From: Candidatus Hadarchaeota archaeon
Lineage (GTDB): Archaea; CAYQAE01; CAYVLA01
Direction of reading: 5' to 3'
NCBI GenBank assembly: GCA_964452145.1
Contig: CAYVLA010000001.1
Location: 1 to 64,000 of the forward strand
DNA length: 64,000 nt
The stretch's first letter is position 1. Every line of letters begins with the position of its first letter. A program made the translations under genes and the position numbers. Of the stretch, positions 40,501 to 48,700 are shown piece after piece. Below the pieces are notes generated by a model. It saw nothing but the letters and a program-made list of their open reading frames with translations, was not told the DNA's origin and searched no databases.

Positions 40501-40683
40501 CTCAGGATAGAGGTTCCGGGAGGAGAGATCAAGGAGGATGTCAAGGAGGAGCCGGCCGTCGGATGCCGCCACCTGCCCCCTGAGGAGCGGGTTGCCGACT
40601 TCCGGGAAGTCGTCGAAGGATACTCCGTGGCAGAGGCCCGCAAAGAGGCTTCAAGGTGCCTGAGATGCGATCTGGAGACCTGA
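37600..40683 (+). CDS. NuoF/HydB-like FMN-NADH subunit fused to a GltD/NfnB-like FAD/NADPH oxidoreductase
   Basis: GRGGAGFPTG, NADEGDPGAYMD, CGEET, GGPSGG, SCGKCTPCR, then PCQHACP, CGRVC..CE..C, GSGPAG, GGGNVA, YRR, RCLRCD. Confidence 0.93.
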   Translation: MGCPVLILSSPASFDDLRQECRQEVDDRRKRRQVLVHMGTCGIASGSAIVKERLVERLRAIGSDVIVRETGCCGSCHQEPMLTILEPDGSSVMYGDLNIHNLDRLIEEHVIGGKRVEALCVDQQSPFYRKQVKRVTLLLGKIDPYDIREYIACDGYLALRKALTLTSESVIEEVKRAGLKGRGGAGFPTGLKWSFAAKAPGDVKYVICNADEGDPGAYMDRAIIEGNPHSVIEGLAIAAYAVGASVGYVYIRAEYPLAVEILRSAIERAREYGFLGQNILGSGFDFDIEVCLGAGAFVCGEETALIASIEGRRGNPRPKPPFPANKGLFGRPTVINNVKTLSNVPLILLNGAEWYAGVGTDKSKGTMIFSLTGKIKRTGLIEVPLGISLGEVIFDVGGGVPGGKQFKAVQLGGPSGGCIPGKYLNTPIDYAEMEALGAIMGSGGMIVMDEDSCMPDMARFFMEFTKDESCGKCTPCRAGIPQMLRILDRVVSEKGTLQDLDALQQIGEMVKDSSLCGLGQTAPNPVLSTLRHFRDEYVRHIIDHRCPAAACQTLFRAPCQHACPLGNDIPGVMALINEGHYDDAYLLIRQRNPLPAVCGRVCVRYCESKCRRSQLDERLSIRHMLRFAVDRAHQSNVEYVPEIAKRKKKKVAIIGSGPAGLAAAYDLAVNGYPVTVFEASPRIGGMLDSGIPRHRLPREALDADLRVFPKIGVDFRVNTKVVDAAGLLDAEYDAVFIASGLPKGRRMGIPGEDLQGVYEGVEFLRRANGGEKVQVGDRVVVVGGGNVAIDAARASRRFGAGDVTIVYRRERSDMPAIAEEVEAAEEEGLKILPLTNPRRIVGENRRVGGVECSRMELKEFDESCRKVAYEVKDSTIILPADTVIIAVGQAADNEFLQGKINTGPGGLIMANERTMETNVPGIFAGGDAVTGPWTVVEAIAAGQRGAFAIMCYLQGKPIPDRMDRGLDLRIEVPGGEIKEDVKEEPAVGCRHLPPEERVADFREVVEGYSVAEARKEASRCLRCDLET

Positions 40684-40684
40684 G

Positions 40685-42640
40685 GTGACCAGCATGGAGG
40701 AGATGACGCTCAGCATCGATGGCCGATCCGTGAGGGGCTTCAAGGGAGCGACGATCCTCGATATCTGCAGGGCAAATGACATATACCTGCCTACCCTGTG
40801 CCATCTTGACGGGCTCTCCGAACACGGTGGGTGCCGTCTCTGCCTCGTGGAGGTCGAGGGACAGAGGAGGCCCGTTCCAGCCTGTGCGACCCCTGCGACC
40901 GACAACATGAAGGTCCTAACCCAGACCCCGAAGCTGCATCAGCATCGCCGCCTGGCACTTGAGATGCTGCTTAGTGAGAGGAACCACTACTGTTTCATCT
41001 GCGAGAAGACGGGTGATTGCGAACTCCAGTCCCTGTGCTATGAGTTCGGGATAGACCACATGAGCCTTCCGGCCATGTTCCCAGCCCTGGCCTTGGATTC
41101 CAGCTCCGAGAATGTTGCGATTGACAACAACCGGTGCATACTGTGTGGCAGATGCATCCGGGTCTGCAACGAGATCGTGGGGAACGACACGCTGGGCTAC
41201 GCTAACCGCGGCTCCAAGACGGTCATCAATGAGCCGGCTGTTCTCCCCCTTGGGTGTTCCAACTGCATACAGTGCGGTGCCTGCATCGACGTATGCCCAA
41301 CCGGGGCCATCTTCGGGAAGCTGAGTAGCTACAGGGGCCGTCCGGAACAGTGCCAGATCGTAGAGACGACCTGTCCGGAGTGCCCCATGGGATGCAACCT
41401 TCGGGTCTATGTACGTGACAACAACATAGTCAGAATCGCGGGTGGAGGGCCGGAGGATAGATTTGGGGGACAGTTGTGCAGAATGGGGAGGTTCGATCTC
41501 CTGGTTGACAGAGGAGAAAGGGTGTTGCGCCCTCGCATCCACAAGGGCCGATCTGTGACCGAGGTTGACCTAGGCTCCGCTTTGAAGGCTGGTGTCGATT
41601 TGCTCAAGGCCACGCGGAAAGAGCATGGACCGGGGTCTATCGCGGGCATCGTTTCCCTTCGTTGTACGAACCAGACCATGAAGGCATTCTCCGACCTCAT
41701 GAATACCATGGGCGTTCGCGATCTGTACATGTTGGAGCCGAACTCGGGCGTATCGGCCGACGGAATGGCACGGACTGCGGCTCGAATCGCGGGCTTGGGG
41801 GCCGACATCCACCTGCAGGCGCTGGCTCAGGCGGACACGATATTGCTGGCTGGGATGGGTCCATCCGAACCGTACCCGATCATCGCCTCCTACGTAAGGA
41901 GAGCCCTGAACCGGGGCGCAGCTCTCCTAAGCATAGGGATACGCGATCATAACTTGACGGCCAGGGCCGATGTGGACCTCAGGACTGATAATGGCGGCCT
42001 TGGGCCCGTGATGACCGGCCTGGCAGAACTTTTGAAGAGGTGGACGGATGATGGGCCCGCCGCGGACATATTTGAGAAGTGCAGGGCCGCAGCCTCAGAG
42101 ATGCGAGCCGCCCTCCATCTTCTGGGGCGAGATGGAAGGATGATCATGCTCGCGGGACGGGACGCTACCTCCGACCCCTCTCTGGCAGAGGGCCTTGCCG
42201 AGTTCGCTGCCTCCATGTTGCGGAGACGAGGTCCCGCGATGCGGGTTTTCCTGCCTGGATCCGGAAGCAATATCGTCGGGGCAAGAACCGTTCTGGGGGG
42301 TCGGGCCAAGAGCCTGCCCCACGACTTGGACCGAGCTGGATTGAGGGGAGCGTATGTTCTTCTATCCGATGAGGTCCGCACGGGTTCCGATCACCCCCTA
42401 ACTCTGGAAGGGCTTGATGCCTTGGTGGTGCAGACATCCTATGAATCCCCGTTGGCCAAGCAGGCCAACGTCGTCATCCCGTCGCCCACATGGGCGGAGA
42501 GGTCTGGGACGACGACTGCCCTTGATGGCGAGGTAAGGCCGGCCAACCCACCTCTGGCGCGCCCCGAAAACGTGGCACCTGATGAGAAGGCGGTTGTCAT
42601 GTTCGAGGAGCTGTGGAAGGGGGTCCGCGGAGTTCGGTGA
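40685..42640 (+). CDS. NuoG/HoxU/HydA-like Fe-S subunit with degenerate molybdopterin-oxidoreductase domain
   Basis: PTLCH..GCRLC, HYCFIC..DC, CILCGRC, CIQCGAC, CPECPMGC, WAERSGT. Confidence 0.9.
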   Translation: MTSMEEMTLSIDGRSVRGFKGATILDICRANDIYLPTLCHLDGLSEHGGCRLCLVEVEGQRRPVPACATPATDNMKVLTQTPKLHQHRRLALEMLLSERNHYCFICEKTGDCELQSLCYEFGIDHMSLPAMFPALALDSSSENVAIDNNRCILCGRCIRVCNEIVGNDTLGYANRGSKTVINEPAVLPLGCSNCIQCGACIDVCPTGAIFGKLSSYRGRPEQCQIVETTCPECPMGCNLRVYVRDNNIVRIAGGGPEDRFGGQLCRMGRFDLLVDRGERVLRPRIHKGRSVTEVDLGSALKAGVDLLKATRKEHGPGSIAGIVSLRCTNQTMKAFSDLMNTMGVRDLYMLEPNSGVSADGMARTAARIAGLGADIHLQALAQADTILLAGMGPSEPYPIIASYVRRALNRGAALLSIGIRDHNLTARADVDLRTDNGGLGPVMTGLAELLKRWTDDGPAADIFEKCRAAASEMRAALHLLGRDGRMIMLAGRDATSDPSLAEGLAEFAASMLRRRGPAMRVFLPGSGSNIVGARTVLGGRAKSLPHDLDRAGLRGAYVLLSDEVRTGSDHPLTLEGLDALVVQTSYESPLAKQANVVIPSPTWAERSGTTTALDGEVRPANPPLARPENVAPDEKAVVMFEELWKGVRGVR

Positions 42641-42659
42641 TCTGGCGGTGATCATAACC

Positions 42660-43226
42660 ATGGAGAAAGTGAAGATCGCGACTGTTTGGTTGTCGGGTTG
42701 CGCCGGATGCCACATGTCCTTCCTGAACCTCGACGAGGCTCTCATCGACCTTGCCAGGAAGGTGGAGGTGGTGAAGAGCCCGATAGTGGACATGAAGGGG
42801 TTTCCGCCCTGCGATGTGGGACTAGTTGAGGGAGCGGTCTCCGATGAGGAGAACCTGAGTGTCCTCAAGTCTTTGAGAGAGAGCTGCAAAGTCCTCATAG
42901 CGATGGGCGATTGCGCCGTCTTCGGCGGGATCACCTCCTTCCGTAACCTCTTCGATACTGAGGAGGTCCTGGCGCGCGGATTCGTGGAGACGGAAACGAC
43001 CAGCGACGGGAAGATCCCGAATGATCCTCACGTGCCCAAGCTGCTGGAACAAGCCATGGGCTTGGATGCCCATGTGCGCGTTGACTACTTCCTGCCGGGC
43101 TGCCCGCCCCACCCCGAAGCCATACTCCACATGCTCACCAGCATCCTTGATGGAACGGACCCCAAACTGCCAAGGGAACTGCTGCACTTCGATTCGAGGA
43201 TAGCCGCAAGGAGGCAATCTACATGA
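42660..43226 (+). CDS. hoxY: [NiFe]-hydrogenase small subunit (HoxY-like)
   Basis: WLSGCAGCHMS, VEGAV, MGDCA, LPGCPP. Confidence 0.92.
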   Translation: MEKVKIATVWLSGCAGCHMSFLNLDEALIDLARKVEVVKSPIVDMKGFPPCDVGLVEGAVSDEENLSVLKSLRESCKVLIAMGDCAVFGGITSFRNLFDTEEVLARGFVETETTSDGKIPNDPHVPKLLEQAMGLDAHVRVDYFLPGCPPHPEAILHMLTSILDGTDPKLPRELLHFDSRIAARRQST

Positions 43227-44650
43227 CGGAGACAACGGAGATCACGATAGACCCGGTAACACGGATCGAAGGCCATGGCAAGATAACCATTCAGCTCGAT
43301 GAGGCGGGCAAGGTATCAGGCGCAAGATTTCACGTGACGCAGTACAGGGGCTTTGAGAAGTTCTGCGAGGGCCGCCTTTTCTGGGAGATGCCGTCCATAA
43401 CGGCCAGGATATGCGGCATATGCAGCATCAGCCACAGCTTAGCTTCGGCCAAGGCCTGTGACGAGATCCTAGGCATTGAGTTGACCGACACTGCTCGGAG
43501 TCTCCGCGAACTGTTGCAGGCCGGGGAGATCATACAGTCACATTCCCTGCATTTCTTCTACCTGGCGAGCCCGGACCTTCTATTTGGACTGGACGCCGAT
43601 CCGCAGAAGAGGAACATACTGCACTTGATAGACAAGCATCCGGACCTTGCCCGGAAGGGCATAGGCATCAGGAAGTTCGGTCAGGCGATATTCGAGAGGC
43701 TGAGCGGCGCACGGATTCACATCGATTACGCCATTCCTGGAGGCGTGAGCGGCTCCCTTTCTCCCAAGGACAGGGAGAACTTGCTCAAGAGTGCGAAGGA
43801 CCAAGTCGAGGTGGCCCGAACCGGCCTTGAGCTTGCTCGCGACTATTGTATCGAAGGCGGAAGGACGGTCAGCGAGTTTTCGCGTTTCCCGTCCATGCAC
43901 CTGGGTCTGGTTGACGGCCGGGGAAACCTTGAGTTTTACGACGGAAATCTTCGAATGATCTCGGCTGACGGTAGGATCCTAGAGGAAAGGCCCACCCGGG
44001 AGTATGAAACCATCTTCGAGGAGGCCGTTGAGGACTGGTCATACCTCAAGTTTCCCTACTACCCTGGGGCAGGATATCCAGACGGGATCTACAGGGTCGG
44101 CCCCCTGGCCCGATTGAACGTCTGCGACAGAGTGGACACCCCCCTTGCGAAGGAGGCGGCAAAGGATTTCAAAGCAGCCGGAGGGGGCCAGCCCATCGAC
44201 TCCACCATGTTCTACCACTGGGCCAGAATGGTGGAGAATCTTCATCTCGTTGAGAAGGCCGAGATGATACTTGAGGATGACGGGATCTGCAACACTGACA
44301 TCCTGAGGCCTTCCTATCCCAAGAACGATGAGGGAATCGGCGTTGTGGAGGCGCCTAGGGGCACGCTGATCCACCACTACCGCGTTGACCCCAAGGGTGC
44401 CGTCACCGGGGTCAACCTGATCGTGGCCACTGGGCACAACAACCTGGCCATGAACAGGTCGGTCACCGACGTCGCGAGGAGGCATATGCGAGGAGGAGAG
44501 TTGACCGAGGCTACCCTGAACGAGTTCGAGGCGGCGATTAGATGCTATGACCCCTGCCTTTCCTGTTCCACTCATGCTGTGGGGCGGATGCCGTTGGCTG
44601 TCGAGGTCATCTCCGCCGATGGCAATGTGATCCAGATGCTCGGCCGCTGA
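43223..44650 (+). CDS. hoxH: [NiFe]-hydrogenase large subunit (HoxH-like, group 3)
   Basis: TRIEGH, RICGIC (L1), [14 protein letters not shown] (L2) and a C-terminal extension. Confidence 0.96.
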   Translation: MTETTEITIDPVTRIEGHGKITIQLDEAGKVSGARFHVTQYRGFEKFCEGRLFWEMPSITARICGICSISHSLASAKACDEILGIELTDTARSLRELLQAGEIIQSHSLHFFYLASPDLLFGLDADPQKRNILHLIDKHPDLARKGIGIRKFGQAIFERLSGARIHIDYAIPGGVSGSLSPKDRENLLKSAKDQVEVARTGLELARDYCIEGGRTVSEFSRFPSMHLGLVDGRGNLEFYDGNLRMISADGRILEERPTREYETIFEEAVEDWSYLKFPYYPGAGYPDGIYRVGPLARLNVCDRVDTPLAKEAAKDFKAAGGGQPIDSTMFYHWARMVENLHLVEKAEMILEDDGICNTDILRPSYPKNDEGIGVVEAPRGTLIHHYRVDPKGAVTGVNLIVATGHNNLAMNRSVTDVARRHMRGGELTEATLNEFEAAIRCYDPCLSCSTHAVGRMPLAVEVISADGNVIQMLGR

Positions 44651-44964
44651 CTCACCCGGGTCAGATCGAGGGGACAGGCTAATGGGGCTTTGCCTTTGAT
44701 GGTCCTGAAGGCCTTTCATCCCAGGTTCTCTTCAGGGCCGTGTTGAAGCAAAATGGGCCCCAAACGGAAAGTTTAAAAAGAGGTCCTAGGGCAGACGGCA
44801 GGTCAGGCTATCCTGTCGGAGAGCCCCCAACAAGTCCTGATAGGAGAGGACGCCTGTTCGTCGCTTAGATGGCCGAGAGCGGGATACCTCTTTCCAGGGA
44901 TCACGGGGGAAGTGGTTCTGCCACGGCAAGCTTTGATGGGAGCATATGGGGAGAGGATGGTTGC

Positions 44965-45453
44965 ATGATCGGAAAGAAGATGCAGGATGCGTTGAACGAA
45001 CAGATCAAGTACGAGCTTGAATCCGGGTATCTGTACCTATCCATGGCCTCCTATTTCCACGACCAGGGACTGGAAGGCATGGCCCACTGGATGATGATCC
45101 AGGAGAAGGAGGAACGAGCCCACGCCATGAAGATCTTTGACCACCTGATCAATCGTGATGGCAGGGTGGAGCTGAGGGCCCTTGCCGAGCCCAAGAGGGA
45201 GTGGGCATCCGCCTTGGAGACATTCAAGGCCGCGTACCAGCACGAACAGTTCATAACCGGCAGGATAGACGAGTTGGTGAGGCTCGCAGCCCAAGAGGGC
45301 GACAACCCTGCATGGGTGATGCTGCAGTGGTTCGTGACCGAGCAGGTGGAGGAGGAGGCAAGCACATTCAGAATCGTCGGGATGCTTGAGCGCATCGGCC
45401 CCTCCGGAAATGGTCTGTTCATGTTGGACCGCGAGCTGGGCAAGCGCGAGTAA
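44965..45453 (+). CDS. ftn: Ferritin
   Basis: ALNEQIKYELES.YLYLSM, EERAHA, HEQFIT, LQWFVTEQVEEE. Confidence 0.95.
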   Translation: MIGKKMQDALNEQIKYELESGYLYLSMASYFHDQGLEGMAHWMMIQEKEERAHAMKIFDHLINRDGRVELRALAEPKREWASALETFKAAYQHEQFITGRIDELVRLAAQEGDNPAWVMLQWFVTEQVEEEASTFRIVGMLERIGPSGNGLFMLDRELGKRE

Positions 45454-45517
45454 TCGGAAGCCGTCATGGTTGGACGATAGCCGGCAAGGCTGAGGCAACG
45501 CAGGGATAGTGAGAGGA

Positions 45518-45679
45518 ATGGACAAATACGTATGCACCGTGTGTGGGTACGTTTACGATCCCGAGAAGGGAGACCCGGACTCAGGGGTAGAGCCGGGAAC
45601 GGATTTCGAAGATCTCCCGGCCGACTGGGTATGTCCCGTGTGCGGGGCCGGCAAGGAGGAGTTCGAAAAGGCGGAGTAG
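45518..45679 (+). CDS. Rubredoxin (53 aa, not in ORF track)
   Basis: [15 protein letters not shown]...[20 protein letters not shown]. Confidence 0.97.
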   Translation: MDKYVCTVCGYVYDPEKGDPDSGVEPGTDFEDLPADWVCPVCGAGKEEFEKAE

Positions 45680-45721
45680 AGTCGGACCGCCGACGTCGGC
45701 CAAGGGCGGCATGGCCGCTCG

Positions 45722-46537
45722 CTAGCCTTCGAATATCGCCTTGCTCCTCGAAGTGGTCAACGGCAGATCCGAGTCATCGCCCGATATCGTTGCTCTGACG
45801 ATCTCCAGGTCCTCTTCCACTTCCTGAACGCTTGAGAAACCCAGGCACACCGCGTCCCTTTCTTTGATGGATTTCAGAACGAAGGGCAAGCCAACTTCCG
45901 GAGTGATGCGTGCCGCACCAAGCGGCTTTATCACCAATATGGGTTTGGGGCTGTTTCTGATTACCCGGCGGACCCATTCCACCTCGACGTTGGATAGGAA
46001 TCCAAGGATATTGTACGGGACGATGTAGGTCTCCACATCCTTCATGGCCCTGTCCATAACCACGATGGTCTCGGGCCTGTGGGTGCTAAGACCAGGGACC
46101 ATCCCCAGGGAACGTATTAGAGCGGCAAGCCGATCATAACCAATCACCTGATTCTCGGTCGGGGCCAGATGGGCATCCGTGAAGTTTTGGTGGGGCATGC
46201 ATATCCGAAGTTCATGTTCCGCGCTCCACCGGATGCCCGTCTCTACTTCTTCGATCGTGGAACCGCCCGGTGTGCAGATCCAGTGCAGGTTGGATCCCTC
46301 CTTCCGGAGATCGCACAGGATGTGAAAGAGCCGGTCCACGGTCCCGCTGACCACTGCGTTGATGCCCAGCTGGCAGGCTTTCCTGATGACGGCCTTGATC
46401 CTGTCGTCAGTGAAGTATTCACGCATCCACATGTCGCGGGCCCTGGTGAAGTGTGAGAAGCCGAAGAACGGGTTGGTGCCGCAGACGATCTTGGATATCT
46501 CGAGGTTCCCTATACGGGTGAAAGGCAGTCCATCCAC
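45722..46537 (-). CDS. Aldo/keto-reductase-like TIM-barrel hypothetical protein
   Basis: ISKIVCGTNPF.GFSH, GLSTH, KPLGA. Start inferred. Confidence 0.7.
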   Translation of the reverse strand: MDGLPFTRIGNLEISKIVCGTNPFFGFSHFTRARDMWMREYFTDDRIKAVIRKACQLGINAVVSGTVDRLFHILCDLRKEGSNLHWICTPGGSTIEEVETGIRWSAEHELRICMPHQNFTDAHLAPTENQVIGYDRLAALIRSLGMVPGLSTHRPETIVVMDRAMKDVETYIVPYNILGFLSNVEVEWVRRVIRNSPKPILVIKPLGAARITPEVGLPFVLKSIKERDAVCLGFSSVQEVEEDLEIVRATISGDDSDLPLTTSRSKAIFEG

Positions 46538-46763
46538 GACGAACCGAGCCCGAGGGAGGTTGAAAAAGATGATCAGATGCCTGACAGGAGACCGGCTATC
46601 CGCCAAGATGAGCCCCGCTGTTCCGGGCCTCATTGATGCAGTTCAACGGACCTTCCGTTGGCATACCGCCGTTGACATGCCGCGTCAGAGCCCCTCAGAC
46701 TTCGGGCGCTGACAGGCTGACAGGCAAAACTATATCTCTCCCTTCTCAATAGGGGTCATCGGC

Positions 46764-48029
46764 TTGGTTTTCCACATCAGTCGTGTATCGATCGCGCTTC
46801 TGGTCATGGTGCCTTTTGCTGCGACCGTCCCCGTCTCCGGGGATATCATAGATGTCATAGCGATGGGCCAGGTTGGGCCGAAGGACTGCCCCCTCCATGT
46901 CTGGTTCTCCGCCGTGCCTGATGTGAACTACATACTCGTCGTGACCAAGCAAGACGTTGTCGTACTGACCCTGGAGGAACTACGACGCTGGATACGCATC
47001 TACCTGCCCAGAACCCGGGAGGAGCTTGTTACTCGCTTCGACCACTACATCTTCGTCGATTCCTGGCTCACCGGCTGGGAGTCCGGCCCACTTCTCACAT
47101 CAAAGCAGATTGCTGACATCAAGTGGTCGGTGGGGGAAGGCGGCATGCCGATATTCGAAACTGGCATATGGAATTCGCAGACCACCATGGTCGAGGGGAT
47201 CCTTGCATCGGAAATGGAGGAGTACTACCCAGTGGATCTGACGAAGCCGAGACAGATGACATCAAGCCATCTCTACAAAGTCAAGGTCAGCGAGCGGACT
47301 GATCTTGCCCCCGTTCTTCGAGCGTTCCTGCCCCTCGGCATTGAGACCTTTCAGGGACAGTGGGTTGGGCAACTGTACTCCAAGCAGGGTGCGGATGTCT
47401 GGGCGACGCTTTACAATACCAATGTTCCAAATCCACCGCCCGAGGGCTGGCCCTGGCTGGTGTCCTGGCGTGTGGGATCCAAGAGGACGCTGTTCTGGGT
47501 GGCCGCCGATGATCTCGAGGTCAAGTGGTGGTGGGGATTCTACCACCCCCCGACCCAGAATCCCTACGGGGTAGATATCCTCCTAAACATACTCTATCAC
47601 TCACTTGGAAAACCCCTGCCCGAGGATATCCTCCTGCTCCATCAGCTCCGCCGTCGCCTGATCGAATTCAACGAGAAGAAGGCCGTGGCCCTTGCAGTGA
47701 TCGAGTTTGCCGACCGTTTCAGGGCGAACACGGGCCCTTTGATGAACGATCTGCAAGACATCGAGGCTGAGCGCGGGAATGCCAACCGGGCCTACCTCGA
47801 CCACGATTTTCTTCTGGCAAGCACGATACTTACCGAAGCTGAGGAGGCCTTAGCGAAGGTGAGTACCAAGGCCATCAAGGCCAAGGACACCGCCCTCCTC
47901 TGGGTTTACGTGATTGAATGGCTGGTCGTCGCCGCCACCAGCATGATAACCGGGTCAGTCCTTTGGGCCCTGATGATTAAGAGACGCCTCTTCCGAGAGG
48001 TTTCCATCACAAGGGCCGATCACCGCTAG
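46764..48029 (+). CDS. Family A surface protein A3 (most divergent ectodomain)
   Basis: Signal peptide, RIYLPRT, LPED..LLH, IEFADRFRAN, ALLWVYVIEW...LMIKRRLFREV..TR. Confidence 0.8.
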   Translation: MVFHISRVSIALLVMVPFAATVPVSGDIIDVIAMGQVGPKDCPLHVWFSAVPDVNYILVVTKQDVVVLTLEELRRWIRIYLPRTREELVTRFDHYIFVDSWLTGWESGPLLTSKQIADIKWSVGEGGMPIFETGIWNSQTTMVEGILASEMEEYYPVDLTKPRQMTSSHLYKVKVSERTDLAPVLRAFLPLGIETFQGQWVGQLYSKQGADVWATLYNTNVPNPPPEGWPWLVSWRVGSKRTLFWVAADDLEVKWWWGFYHPPTQNPYGVDILLNILYHSLGKPLPEDILLLHQLRRRLIEFNEKKAVALAVIEFADRFRANTGPLMNDLQDIEAERGNANRAYLDHDFLLASTILTEAEEALAKVSTKAIKAKDTALLWVYVIEWLVVAATSMITGSVLWALMIKRRLFREVSITRADHR

Positions 48030-48700
48030 GGAAGGCGGGCACGGCGACTTCAGTCATCACCAGTGTTGATGCCTTCGATGGTTTCCCTTTCGCGCAGATG
48101 CCGGGGGAGGTTCTCCCTGCGGACCTCGGAGTTCTCCACGGAAGGTTTGAGGACCGGTACGTGCACGTTGCGGACATCGGATCGCTTGATGGTCCGGATC
48201 CGGACCCAGACAGAACCGTGGACCAAGCACGTTCCCTTCCCGCCCGCTTGGCGGCACAAGGAAGGAACCATCTGGTCCACCTACCAGTCGAACAACCAAC
48301 GAAGAAGGCACTATTGGCCCGTCGCCGTCTCATCCCGACGGTCAAGAGGCGCCGCCGGCCCATCCTCGAATCTGACGTTGCGGAGTATCTCCCGGGCGCC
48401 GCATTTCGCGCAGACCCTCATCATGCAGCCCCTTCCTATGGCTATGTCCCCCGCTGCAGCCGACTTCACCGGCTCCAGATCCTGGCTGAAATAACGCAGC
48501 AGATCCTTTCCCACATACACTATCCTCCACCCGTGGACGTGTCTTCTCGCCAGGATCGTCGACTTCACATTCCGAGGTGGCGCTGAATGCACCTATTACT
48601 GTTACGTGCCGCGCATGGGTGCCGACGGGAGAAGGCGAGGTCGGGAATCGAGCCTACTGAGCTCGAAGCAATTAATAGCCTTTGTGTTTCGATTCATAAC

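Noticed and set aside
40685..44650. Selenocysteine or formate dehydrogenase
   Set aside because: No in-frame TGA, the L2 motif has Cys (DPCLSC), and the Fdh metal ligand is absent.
48030..48600. Minus-strand fragment MMRVCAKCGAREILRNV (half Zn ribbon) and overlapping short ORFs
   Set aside because: Only one CxxC before stops. Cannot be supported as a gene or a defined pseudogene.
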